Assembly (NCBI GenBank): GCA_011109175.1
Contig: RDEW01000038.1
Location: 545,213-609,212, forward strand
Direction of reading: 5' to 3'
Source: Dicyema japonicum
Lineage: Eukaryota; Animalia; Dicyemida
Length of the DNA: 64,000 bases
The translations under genes were made by a program, and so were the position numbers. This document shows, piece after piece, positions 35,641 to 48,893 of the stretch (its first letter is position 1; each line of letters begins with the position of its first letter). The notes under the pieces were generated by a model, which was not told the origin of the DNA, did no database searches, and worked only from the letters and a program-made list of their open reading frames with translations.

Positions 35641-38510
35641 CAAAAATGGAATCTATAACTTCGTAATCATAAAACATTTTTTAAGTTATATAATTTAACT
35701 CATTAATGTCACCGCGTAACGATATGTGGTGCTACGTGGCCAATTGGTTGAAGTTTTCTGTTTGTTTTGTCTGTTCCTTCTTTTTTCTTTCTACTAGAGA
35801 GGCTTCATGTGATTCACCTGTCTCAGGTGACAGGTTGACACGAAAAAAGATCGTTTGCTCTCTCCCACTCTACTGGAAACTGCATACACTTAACTAGTTT
35901 ACTTAACTTCTTTTTCAGTGAATCCGGGGTTAATAAATTAAAATGACTCTTTTGTGAAAATGGCATTTTATGGTAAAAATTGCAAAAAGCTTACCAAAGA
36001 GTATAAGCCTGGAGGGTAATAAATAAATACACCTTCAAAACATCACCCTTAGACTCCCTTCCACAAACTGGCATAACATGTTAAAGCATCAATGAGTCAT
36101 ACGGGACTCTGAGTATTTTAAGAATTTAAATTGTGGGGTAAAAGTTAATAGCTGACAACCAATAATGTCATCACGATCTCCTATAGCGACAAGTTCTTCC
36201 AAGATCACACAAAAGTTCAGAACAAGATCATCCAGAATCAAACGAAAGGAAAGGGGAAACGTCCAGTTCTCTCAGTTGTTAGAATCTCTCTAGTGTTATG
36301 CTGTTTGTTGTTCTTATGATGACTAAAACACAGTGTCATCACTAATATTGCCTTTCAGTTTGCTCTTCACTTATAGGGCTTAGGAATTAATGAACCCTAG
36401 CTTTACGGATCCGATCTTTACTTTGATCACGTCAAAACAGTGAAGTTGAGTTTGAAATTCCCTTCCTGTTTGAAATATTTGAATGGGAGTGCATAGTTCA
36501 TGAGATATACTTCAAATCCCGTATTCATTGGACTACTTCCATGTATGAGACCAGTGAGATACCTGGTGTCAGAGTGCTTTGCAGTCTTACAATGTAAATT
36601 AGAATTGAAAAGTTGCACGTGATATGTTCTCCCGAGTCTAAATAAAGGAGAACGACAAACCGCATGAAATATAAATACCATCAAAGGTGTCATGATAGAG
36701 GAGACCACAGGATCGTTGCTGATGTTACTGAAGGAACCCATTCTTTTGCTGTCGTTAACCTCAACCAGGGTCTTCGTCAAATCCACAAGAAGAGATGTTC
36801 TTTATTTTAAGCCGTGATTAGCTGAACCCCCACTATAACTAGCCAGTGACCTTTGAGTTGTCCATCCAAGAGGATTTTAGGGTCAAAAATTTGTCCTTAT
36901 TAGGAATCACAGCCTCATTTCTAGAAATTAAGCAGGTTTCCGGGTAGAAGAAAACAGAATCAATCAAACCAGACACCACGTGGTCTAGTCTGACTATATG
37001 ATTCTTGGTCTTGTTTTTTTAGCATTTGGCATTCTAAAGTTTAGAATTAAAAGGTCACTGAGATAATTTCCATGGGTAGTTGATATCACTGGTCAGTAAT
37101 AATAGAATGCACATCCATTGCGACTCACTTATCAGTAGGAGCATCAAGTCTATTTATTCTATTTTAAAACCCCAAGGCCACCAAGAAAAAAGATTAACTC
37201 ACTAATTAGGAAATCCAAATGTCTCTCGAATGCTCCTAGAATGCTAACCAGCAATCTAATTGGATTCCGGAAGTGCCTTTTTTATGTTTGCAGAAGAATT
37301 ATATTGGTGTGTACTTTTTATGGTCGAACTGAACATCTGCATGGGCCGACATTTCTCTGAAAGGTTTCCTAGCTCCTTGCAGATACGTAGGAAGCCCTGT
37401 GCATTTTCAACATCGAAAGACTGGATATGGTGTCTGATTGCATATGCGGTATGATTTTCCCCTGAAAGAGTTTATACAATCGATCTCGAAGAAGGAAGAG
37501 AGAATCTCCAGGCAGAACAGGCATATTCAATTTTCGACACAATGACTTGAAGATATAGTTTGCTGATAGAAGCTGTAGGTGTGATGGGACTATTCTTTAT
37601 GATTGCTTTTAGGACGTCCCAACATATTGATTTGATTTTTTAAAAAAAGTTATTTTTATATTTTTTTGAATTTATGAAATATATTTAATTATTATTAATT
37701 AGGTCTAATGGCTCTTTTCCACCATGTCTCAACGTCTCGTATAATCGTTGATAGACCACGTGCGAAGAAGGATTATTTTTTGTCAAAGGACTTATTGGGC
37801 TGTCCCGAAGATGGCCCTGCATATTGGATCAACAGTCAATCCCCTACTTACGGAAGCTACGAACAGTAATCGCGGATCCGGATTCCTTCGCGTCTCTGAG
37901 GATGCTAGAAACCCCATTTCCAAGGCAAAAAAACCGATTTGTTAAAAAGTTTCCCTTCCCATAAAAGTATAGTCTTGTTATTTTAGAGCACTGCAAATAT
38001 CGTTACTTACAGTCAAGATTCTAACTTGAGGGGTTCAGTTATTAGGTTAGACGATAGCTTCGTACCACTGACTTTTCAGTCACGTGCATGAACCAAATGT
38101 CTTTCTGGTAGCGGGAAAAAGACCAGATGACCTCTAGTTCGAATCTCACTGGAGCGTTGGATATGTGGAGAACACCGAACCTGACCAAAGTCTCTGGAGA
38201 TTCTTATGAAACTCGGCTCCAGAATGTGGGCCCGTAAAATCAGTCAGTCGTAATGTAAGATCATGCGCGGGCACGAGGAAGGAACACCAGGCAAAGATGA
38301 TGTCAATGTTGGATCACAACCAATGACCTTGGCATTTGAAGGTAGCCTCTAAACGGAAGGCTACTACTTCCCTTTCTCAATGTGAGTTTTTGTACAAGTG
38401 GAGTGTGATAATGTCTCCGATCCTTTAACAATAATGTATCTTTCCAATTTACATTTTATTATATTTAATTCTGACTTTTCAAAAATCGAAAATTCGTTAA
38501 AACTTAATTA

Positions 38511-38790
38511 GACTGGGTGATGCAGTTTGACGGTTAACGGTCTAGAGGCCTGTAGTTCGCTAGTTCGAATCCCGATATTGTACATTTCTGTTAAGATTCC
38601 ACGCATCAATATGATTTGGTTTGACGAGTGACGTAGTCATCAGTAAACACTTCACTGCGGCACTGCGGAACCGGACCGTCTATAAAGGACACACCCAAGA
38701 AAAAGAAAACAAAGAAGTGAAGAGCATTCTTTGGTTTTCCCTAATCGATTAGCTATGATAACTGTTTTTTTCTTAATTTAAGTATTTGTT
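38511..38790 (+). mobile_element. tRNA-derived SINE (copy A)
   Basis: tRNA-like head with B-box AGTTCGAATCCC. The body GGTTTGACGAGTGACG..GTCATCAGT..CACTGCGGAAC..AAAGGACAC..AAGAAGTGAAGA is shared with 40775-41048. Confidence 0.75.
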
Positions 38791-39124
38791 CTGCACACAA
38801 TCGAAACTTTAAACAGTGTTTACTGGTACCGCGAATGTGCTTAAAAAAGCATGGGGAGCTGTTATTGAACTATAGAGAAATATGGGCTAAAAACCAGGAT
38901 TAGACCTAACATCAAGGAAACAAAACCATCTCAGCCGGTTTGAAGTCATTTCTGACTAAGTTGTGCTTTTGTTTAGAACAGATCCTTTACGTAATAGTTT
39001 GAAAAAAACCAGTTTCAATTAAATTTTTCAATTATATTTGAGTGACAATCTGCAATCTTTTGTTTACTTAACATTGAAAATAACTGACTTACTCTTTGCT
39101 CAAATCAATCGAGAAAGACTTGAC

Positions 39125-39570
39125 CAGTGGTTCTTATTTTTTGTGTCTGCGGGCCAAAATTAATGATTAACAATTAGTTTGCGGGCCGCAAAAAATTTCT
39201 TTAAGAAAATTAAACTTTATTAACTAAAATTAATGTGAGCTGCTTATTTAAATACTCTTCTAGAAATTCAATAATAAAATACTTATTCCAAGTCTCTTAA
39301 GCACTTTAACACATGCACTACAAATGCGGGCTGAAGAATCAGCAAAACAGCAGAGCAGGTTAACTGAATTGAGAACACATACCTAACAAGTCTGGGCTGT
39401 GGAATTCCCAGAAAAGACTCAGCGTCGTTATTCAAATAATCGAAGTTCGCGACAGGCCCTCCGCGGGAGATAGACCATATACACGCGAGCGTGCGCAGGT
39501 GTCTAGTATTTTTATAATTTTAATCGGGTCGCATCTAAGTAGCCCGATGGGCCGCGGTTGAGAACCACTG
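39125..39570. mobile_element. Non-autonomous hAT element (MITE)
   Basis: TIRs CAGTGGTTCT / AGAACCACTG, subterminal GCGGGCC motifs, and an imperfect 8-bp flank duplication gacttgac / atcttgac. Confidence 0.8.
39240..39506 (+). mobile_element. Helitron-like element nested in the hAT MITE
   Basis: Hairpin CACGC-GA-GCGTG followed by cgcaggtgtCTAG|t. Homologous to 30689-30942. Confidence 0.65.
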
Positions 39571-40774
39571 ATCTTGACTTTTGAAACGTGTTTGCTGATA
39601 CTGTTATTGAATGGGAGACGAGGCTTAATGATATTATTAAGTTCGGGAGTTTAGTTGCCAATAAAGAATTTAAGTCATTGAAGTTATATTAAAGCTATTT
39701 TTTGCTATTTTGATTATTTTGATTTTTTTTGATTTTTTTCATATTGTTAAGAATGTTGAATAGTAGTGAAATGTTGTATAGTTGAGATTTTTTTTCATAT
39801 TAAGAATGTTGTATTGTTAAGAATGTTGTATAGTAGAGATATGTACAATGAGGTGCAAAAAACTAATGAAATTAGATCTTGTAACCAAAGAAATATAATT
39901 GATCCGTAGTGTTCATTTGGTCTTGTCTTAAACTGTACATCCGCGAATGTGTTACAGAATGGCAGTGGATGTATGTGTTCAATCGCTTATTGTCTTCTAT
40001 AAAAACATGCCGATATATTATTGTGGGATATAAAGCTTAACGATGTGATATTTACTGTGTTGGACTGCTAAGAATCTGTGAGGATAGTAAGAGTAGTCCG
40101 CTGGTTTATTGGGAAGTTAAAAATCCGTGGAATTTTGATCACTTGCATGATTCGTCTCAATATTTTTAAGACTTCTTGTGTGACAGGGCTTGTCACCGGA
40201 GATGTTCTCCGAGAGATAGGAAGCGTAATCTCGTCCAGACTGGAGGATCCTATAAAAGGCGTTGGTTCCGCGAACGTCTTAGAATTGCCACTGTTTCTTG
40301 GCAGCTGGTGCCTGATTTGTTTCTTTCTTAGAAGCTACTGAGTTTTGGGACATCATAGCTTCTCAATGTGTCTCTTGCCTTGGAGGAAGAAATTATCTTC
40401 CAATGGAGTGGAGTGAAAGGTTCACCTTTTAGATTATTAGCAACAATCATATAATAATATTAACTATCATTCATACGGGCATCGTCTGACAAAATCCTCC
40501 AAGTTCTTTCAATTTGGGATTGACTGAACTCTGATTATTCTTACATCCTAGACTTCCATTGTTCAGTACTTTGCTTTCGTGTGCCTCATAAGTCCATCAT
40601 CTCTCCCATTCATATGAAAAGCAAAAATACAAGGGCTTTTATCTACCCTGATGATTAGTAGAAATTTCGTGAACCTTTCTATTGATAACCATTTGGTTAA
40701 CTGGCCTTATGTATATTGTTTGTAATATAATAAAGCCTTTTCACGAGAGCCATAGTATTTATAGCTCCGCATAG

Positions 40775-41048
40775 GCAGGACACACACTTTATTTAAGTAA
40801 AGAAAAGTTAATTTTAACTAATCGTAGAACCAAGGAATGATCTTCACTTCTTTTTTTCTTTTTCTTGTGTGAGTGTCCTTTCTAGATAATCCAGTTCCGC
40901 AGTGAGTATCCACTGATGACGGCGTCACTCGTCAAACCCTTTCTGCATCGTAGATGCGTAGAACCTTCCACCAGGTGAACAGCAGCGAGATTGGAACCCG
41001 TAGCCTAAGCCACTTAAGCTCGACACCTAACCACTATGACACCCGGCT
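40775..41048 (-). mobile_element. tRNA-derived SINE (copy B)
   Basis: Minus strand: gccgggtgtcaTAGTGGTTAGG...GGTTCCAATCTCG, then the same body as copy A. Confidence 0.78.
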
Positions 41049-44000
41049 ATTGTTTGTAAAATTATGAAATTGAATTATGTAATAAACTAGGTAATATTCA
41101 AGTAATAATTAATATAGAAGCAAAGTAAGAGAAAAAAGAACCGCAAATATGAATTTTATCATATTTTACATTTAAATGAAATTTGGTATCAATACGTTGA
41201 ATTCGTAAAAAATAAACAAAATAAAAAATGACACAAAATAATATTTAAACATTTTTTGAAATTAGACAACATTTATGTATTAATTTTTATAATAAATTTT
41301 TTTTCGATTTGATTTCATACTTAAAAATAGTGAAGATTGGTTTCAAAACATGAAAACGTAACTTAAAAATTTTGTTATATTTCTACGTTGTAACATTCTG
41401 AGTATTGCAAAATTGAAATATTATTATTCAAATAAAACCAATCAATAAAACAAAAAACACTAACAATTAACCAAAAAAGTCAGTAGTAACTTTTTTCTGT
41501 TTGGGAAATTCTTCTGTGTGGATGAATTTGTATTTATCTCCATTCGACAATGATTGCGCCGCAGTAAATAATCACACAACCTTGTTTTCTAGTTCCTTGG
41601 CTCTTTTTTCTTTTTAGGAGAATCTGTTGAGTTCTCCTTTTTTACTTGCTTATCATTAATTTTTTTTGACTTTGCTGTCGTGTAGTTGATCATTACTTAC
41701 AAAATTATCGGTTGAATTATTAAAGGGAATAGAAAACCGTATAATTAACGGCAAATTCTAATTTTCAAAAATAAATGCTGATAATTAGAAAATCATCTCG
41801 TTTTATTGAAGACTCCATTCTTCTAGTTAAATCGACAAGGTGACGGATTCGGAGACATTGGAAACCTGAGTTCAGCATAGAAGTGTCTGATGCTTTAACT
41901 ATTCAGGTTCAAGAATCATCTGTCTGAAGCAGCAAGAATGGTTAATGTGATTCATTATGTCCCTATAACGGTAGTTTACTAAATTATGTACTCTTAAGGA
42001 CAATGACCATGGAATTGAATCCATGGTCTATACTATGATACTTAAGCGAGCCATGTTTATAGGAAATAACTCCAGTTAGCCACGAGATTCCTTCGCTTTA
42101 ATGGACCGGGGGTAAATAGAGAATTAACTGTAACTTTGAGAGGTCGTATTAAAAAAAGTTGATTATGACTAGTTTGGCAGATTGGAGTAAATTAGTGACA
42201 ATATTGTTGAATCCACCACTTTTTAGAGATTCTCAAAATGTATGAAGCGGATTCATGAGAACATACACCACCAGAATTGAACCATGTCGATATCAGTTAA
42301 TTCCTACAGGTGGGAAATCTACTTCCTCCAAACTTCCAGCCGAAACTTCCGAGAGCTTAGGGTATGAAAAATGACGAGTCCTTCCAGAGCCACAACTGTA
42401 GGAACCTGTTAAAATTTGTAAAGCTATGATGTTTGATGCCGCCTGGCGAGCAACATTATTTTGAACATTTATGTGCAGAAAACAACGTCACAGCCTCAAT
42501 CAAATTATCTAAGTGGCTTTGAATATATAACACAATTTAGTTAATTTTAAACAAAAAGTTTTAAAATTCAAATTCGCCATTTTTGTGGAAACCAGTCTTT
42601 GACAGACCTTCTCTTTTTATGCAATCTTTCCAGGCTATGATTTCTATGAGTGTTAATCTTCTCAATTTCTTCGGATTTTATAATTTCTACTTTCCTTTTA
42701 TTTAGTCTTATTTTTTCCTTTAATATTCTGGACACTGTAGACTGAGGCAGTGAGAATTGCTGACTCGCTACGTATTGGTCTTAAGAGTGTGAGGAACGAA
42801 AATGTCGTTTGTGGCCGTTTGATCGATCCATATGATTATTATTCACTTTCGTGCAAATTGACGTGGGCCGTTTTTCAATGTGTTTATGAGCTTGACGTTG
42901 AAAAACGCACTTTCTTCTGCTGACCATCACTGCATTTTAGAGAGAATGGTCTCACTAACACCCTGACGGGATGAGAACATTCCCTTTTGCTAATGGGTGG
43001 ATTTAGGTCGCTATGTGTTGATACATACTGTCCGAAAAATTTTGCAGCTTTATCATCGGGCCCAGGTTATGCTCTAAACAAGTCGAGGATCAGAAGAGAA
43101 GGAAGTAACGAAACATTAAGGAAGATCATTTGTCTGTCCATTTTCTGTTGAGACGTCAAGAATCTTCTGCCCACGAGCTGATGATCTAATCCAAGGAATC
43201 GGCTCAATGATTCAAAGGGTCATCAAGGATCCACTTGAGACTGGATGCTTTAGAGAGCGTATCGATAGCTATCGTAAGAAGAAACAGTTTGACTTTCAAG
43301 CTGCCTAACTTTTAACTTTTTTAGATTTGTTTAATTAAATAAAAAAAATTCAATCATTCATATTTTAAGGTCTCCATTATAGCCTGAGGGATTGAGAAAG
43401 CAATAGGAATTATCACTCATGAGTCCAATGTGCTGGAAGAGACAGTTTTATTATAAGTTCTCCCGTCCTCAGTCCTGCAAGCAGCCCGATAAACTTTGTT
43501 GTTCTAGGGCCGAGCATGCGAGACATCTAAGACGTCTAAACGGAGATCAGCTTGAAGGCGAACCTATTCCCAATTTTACGATACTTCCTCCTTTTTGAAT
43601 CTTCAGCAGTACTTGCTGCAGAGCCCGCGCACACCGATGACTTGAGCAGATTCGGGTTGAGACGGTTTCCGAGCACGTTGAATCCCAAGAAATACACTTT
43701 TTTCACATTTTTACATTAAAAAAATCATTCCCTATAATTAATTGAATGAAAAAACCCAAACCGTATGGCTTCTCTCAAATTTACAGCACTGTAACCTGAA
43801 ACTTAACAAATGATTATTACTATACAAACAAGTGATGAAAAGTCATTCAAAAGTCCAATTTGTCACGTTTATCAAGACTATCAACATTGATAATTCCGTT
43901 TTTTCAAAAATAATTTAACAAATGTGCTGAGTGAAAACCAGATTACCATATTAAAGGAATTTGCCATACGGTTGAGTCATCTCGAATATTTGCTTCAACG

Positions 44001-44629
44001 TTATCTATTTCAAACGACTTCCGTCTTAAGGCTAAAAAGAAAGAAGAGTGGAATTCAAGACTGGTCACTAGATGTCATAATGATTTTTCTATTCTTAAGC
44101 GAGTGATGGTAAACAAATTGAAACATTGTAATAAAAAAATCCTGAAGTCCACAGTTACACAAAACTAACAACGTGGGTGTCTCACTCCCTTGAGGGTAGG
44201 AAGTTTGTGTCAGCATAAATAGTTAATTACTTAAATGCACTCACACGTTACCTATAAATATTTGAATACTCGGAGTTTAGATACACCGAGAAAGAAGTTA
44301 AAGTAAGCGACATGTTAAGTGTATCCAGTTTCTACTTCTATAGAAACAGAGTTTATCCGGAATCAGCATAAAAGGAAAAAGACGTACATTAATTCATTTT
44401 GTGGAAACCCCTCCAGTCGTTGAAAGTTGTGGAAACCCTCTTGACGGGTAAATCACATTAATAAGAAGGGAAGGTAGGAAAAGACAAAAAAGCTGAAAAC
44501 TTCAGCCAATTAGCCACGTAGCTCCACATTCCTCGACGCGGCCGTTGAATCGGTAAGGAGATAGACACTATTAGAGAGGTGTCAACCACTCAACCAACAA
44601 AAATTATTATAAGATTTTAAGAAAGACAA

Positions 44630-44905
44630 ATTTTGACTAATTTAAATTAATTTAATACTTAGTTTTTTTTATTGTTTTAAAAAATGGCGAACCTATATAT
44701 ACATTAACATATTATTTGGCGTGCGTTTTCAACATTCTTGTGGGTAGGTGTTTGACATTATTCTAGTATTTTTTTCTGTTGTATTGTCATAAATTATATT
44801 ATTGGATTCATCAAATAGTGTTGAAGGCTGTTATCAAAATGTTTAATGTATATTTTGTATTTTGTTAACCTATAAATATAGATTATTTTTCACTACTTGA
44901 TTTGT
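44630..44905. repeat. Unclassified ~290-bp dispersed repeat (copy 3; duplicated at 54797-55075)
   Basis: Homologous to 12145-12430. Confidence 0.8.
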
Positions 44906-45565
44906 CCCTATTTATATTCTCTTGGCTATATTTCTTTTCCAGTTTATTTGTATCCCAAATTTTTATGTCTTCTACATCATTTCAATATTATTTTTGAAGA
45001 AAAATAATCATACATTTGATCAGTCATCTCTGATGACCTGTCTTGATCTTCCAATTCTTTTTATGGGCAATTTTCACATAATACTTCATAATGGAATTCA
45101 GATCCTTCTGCCTGTATTTGGATTCGTCGGTTGCCGAATGATTTTCCATACTTGGGCGGTTGTCTGATTTCGGTTCAAAGCTGTGAGAACTCGTGACGAT
45201 TTTGCTTTCTGTATCTTGAGTTCTTTGGCCCTTATGATGATCCATGGCTGCATTCAGTGTAGTAAGCACATCCGTTTTGACCAGCCTGAAGAGGATTTCC
45301 GGAGCACTCGGATCCCGTGGAATCATGCGAATAATTTTGATTTGAATCTTTAACTCCTACATATATGGAAAATTTCTTTGATAACTATCAGATCAGTCTT
45401 CGTTGTAGGAAACTTCCCTACTTCAACATTATTCTTTTTATGAATCCATTTCTTAAGTAAATTCTTGACATTTGAAACGTTCTTGATGTTGAAAACCTCT
45501 CATTATAGTGGCTACACTCAATTGCCAACCACCACGAGGAATCCTCCAGAATTTTGCTTTGGAAC

Positions 45566-45729
45566 AAATAGTGGATATCTTCTATACACATTAAAAAGTG
45601 ACTGTAAATAGTGGATATCTTCTATACACATTAAAAAGTGACTGTAAATAGTGGATATCTTCTATACACATTAAAAAGTGACTGTAAATAGTGGATATCT
45701 TCTATACACATTAAAAAGTGACTGTAAAT
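45566..45729 (+). repeat. 40-bp minisatellite, 4 perfect units
   Basis: (aaatagtggatatcttctatacacattaaaaagtgactgt) x4. Confidence 0.97.
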
Positions 45730-46011
45730 CCAACCTCTCCTTTATATCGAATTCTTCCAGACTGTCAAGACTATCCAGACTATCTTTATGATTTTTATGA
45801 ATTCTGGAAGAAAGTGACGGTAGGAATAAAAAATAAAAATAAATATGGAGATAAAATAGCTGATTACTTAAAAAAAATTTTTGTTTATTTATTAAACTAT
45901 ATGGAAAACCTCTGTTTGGGGAAACCTCTGATTTTGCGTATTACGTGCCCCAATTAGAGGTTCACCGCGTGGTAAGTCGTTTCAGCAGCAGCACTGGTTC
46001 AACGTTCCCTA

Positions 46012-46940
46012 ATGCGCTTAAGGACATTGCGCTATACGATAGGAAGTAAAATTCTCCGAGTGATGTTGCGCGTCATTTCGGCTAATGATAGGTACCTCCT
46101 GAGAATAAGGAAGGCCATCGAGGATCTTCTGGACTCCCTGAAGGCCGGCATATTGGTCCTCAACGAGACTAATTGTAAGAATACGGCTGCTGCAGACTTT
46201 AAAGGATATACTAGTAGTCATCTCTTATGGAACGATACACATCGAGGTTCGGGTACTAGTATCTATTGGAGGACTAGTCTAGCAACAGTCGTCCAAGGTA
46301 TTTCTCAGTGCCCTCATTGCGAGCTCTTATTTATACGCGTTAGGCTGCCTAGTTTTTCTATAGTCATAGGGGCAATGTATGCCAAGCAGTTGGGGTTTGT
46401 GTAAGGACCAGATTAAAACTGCCTTTGACATATATCCCCATTGCGTTTTTTTTGGCGATCTGAATCCAAAGCATTCGGATTTTGGCTGCGTTACTAAATA
46501 GGGCTGGATCAGCACTCCGAGACCTAGCGTGGGATCTTGGGCTCTCGGTAACTACATCGACCGACCCCAACCACTAGGACACACGAGGAGGAGAGGACTA
46601 CATGGGTATGGCCGTATCCTCCCCATCATTAATTGGTATGCTCTCTGTACCTCGTGTTCTTAGGGACATTGGAAGCGATCACCGTCCACTTCTAACTGAG
46701 CTTCACGAACCTGTTCGATCTCAGGCCCCAATTGGCTATGACTTGGGCTCTGGCACTCGGGATAACCTGGAGTCGTTTCATGGATAGAAAATTCCCTTCT
46801 CTCAAAGGGCAAGTTTGAAGTAAAGCGGATGTGGAAGAATTGAATGCCACCCTGGACGGTGTCCTTGAGGAATACATTCGGACTAACTTCCGGTTACGTC
46901 CGCATAGTCAAGACTTCGCACGGATACCAGGTTTGATTTT
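46012..46940 (+). mobile_element. APE endonuclease plus linker of a LINE (unit 1)
   Basis: LRVISAN..ILVLNETN..FKGY..IGSDHRPLL. Paralog of 56258-57180. Confidence 0.85.
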
Positions 46941-48893
46941 GAGAATTTTATTGACTTGGACACATGCGAGATTAAAACGTCATCTGCATAAAGAACTAAT
47001 TCCATGCCCAATTTCTTCAGTGGCTTATGCGTAGATGTGATGGAGGTTAAGCCAGTAGGGTCACTGGGTGACATTTCCCTAGTGCTGTATACAGCACAGA
47101 TCAGTGATGAGGAATTGACGGACAAGCCCAGAACACCCAGTAAATGGAGGGAGCAGATCTGTGCCAAGATTGCTTGGAGACAGACTGAGCAGGAAGCACT
47201 GGAGGGGCACATAAGTAGTGTGGCTACAGGGGTTAGAGGAAAAGCACCGCCTATAGTAAAGGGGCTTAATTGGAGTTAGAGGGGGCAATAATGGTGTATA
47301 AGAAAAAACTCTATACACATGTAAGTCGGTGTAAGAAAAGGAGAGAAAATAATCTGTTTGAGTTTAATCGCAGATTGTTTTACCGTCGCCTACACGAAAA
47401 TGGACATAGTGTATGTTCCTAGCAGGACGCAGAAATGCTTTCCACATGGGGTAATATGTGGGTGGCAAAACCACGTAGACGAAATGCGTGGAATGTCCTG
47501 CTCAGCGCCGTTTCTTGGCGGAATTTTCGATTTTCGCAAGATATTTGAGGCGGTAGTAAGACATCTCCTTGATTGGAAAACGACCCTGGGTCGATAAAGT
47601 GTATTATTTCTTTATCAAAAGATGTACTTCATTGCACGAGTCTGTGTCTCAGTCTGCTGCAAATTATCGACCGATAACTTGCATGCCAACCCTGTATAAA
47701 CTGATGACCAAAATTGGTGGCTAATGAGGTCAGGAGCTTTGTAGAAGCAAATGGGATTCTCTCCGAGAATCAGTTGGGTACTGTGCGAAATTGTCAGGGG
47801 GCAAAAGAGCAGACTTTGATCAACAAATGCCTTTCTGTGTCTCAGGAAACTCACTTTTGTCTATGTAGGTAGATGTAAAGAAGGCTTACAATTCAGTTGA
47901 TTATTCTTACCTTGTCGAGTGTCTACACAGTCTGTGTATGCCTGTGTGAGTCATCAGCTTTGTAGTGGCTGTGATGAATAGGTGGAGTAATCATCTGAAC
48001 TATAATAGGCACCGGATAAGAGAGGTAAAACTCAAGAGGGGGATCTTTCAGGAGGATAGCATGTCTCCGCTACTCTTTGTTCTCTTTTTGGAGCCATTGA
48101 GTCGCCGCCTAAATGACCGGTTTGAGCAAATACCAGTTCATTGTGAGGGGGTTTGTTTCAGTACAAATCACTTTCTTTTATAGATGACTTGAAGATGTAT
48201 GCTCGAACACCCGAGGAGCTCTACTCCATGGGGGTCTGTGCCAGGGAATTCTTTGAGAGTATAGGACTAGATTTGAATTATTCAAAGTCTGGGACTAACA
48301 CACAAGTATGTAGCGAGTTAGTAAGAGTCTTAGAGGAACACGAAGGATATAAGTATCTGGGTGTTACCGAATCTCAAAAGTTCTTTATAATGCCTAAGAC
48401 AAAACGACAAATTACTGAAGGCATCCGTAAAAGAGCAGCGTTATTGTGTAAGACGTCTCTAAATGCAAGCAATTTGTTCCTAGCATTAAATAAGTATGCT
48501 GTCTCGCTGCTAAACTACTACATAGGTGTTGTGGAGTTTGAGCCCAAAGAGTATGATGAGATGGATGATATGATCCGTGGAGTACTCAGAAAATACCATT
48601 TTTATGTGCTGGCAGCCAATAAGAGAGACTATATTTACCTCGTGATAAATTCGGCCGTGGACTGTGTGAAGTAGTCCAACTAAGTGAGCGTATTCTAAGG
48701 CGAATGCACGACACCCTGATAGCTAGGTCAAGTGTGTCTGCTAGGAAGCACGCCATAATAACGACTGAGAAAAACACGGGCAACCCACCTAGGCACTATC
48801 AGACTTTTTTTGTCTGCTAAGTATGGTGTTGATGATGGTGGGCTAATAAATGTAAAGGCGTTGATCGAATTACAATATCCTAAAATACGGTGA
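46940..48893 (+). mobile_element. R4/NeSL-type reverse transcriptase relic (unit 1)
   Basis: PSKWREQI; NYRPITCMPTLYKL; DVKKAYNSV; RGIFQEDSMSPLLFVL; FIDDLKMY; GYKYLGV; RLYLPRDKFGRGL. No RLE downstream. Confidence 0.88.

Noticed and set aside
43924-44106. Short ORFs conserved between units (also 44922-45167 vs 55088-55333, and 47004-47597 vs 57246-57839)
   Set aside because: Their conservation simply reflects the recent segmental duplication, and most are shadows or fragments of TE relics.
45566-45729. Regular 40-bp repeats resembling a CRISPR array
   Set aside because: The units are head-to-tail with no unique spacers, there are no cas genes, and the context is eukaryotic.
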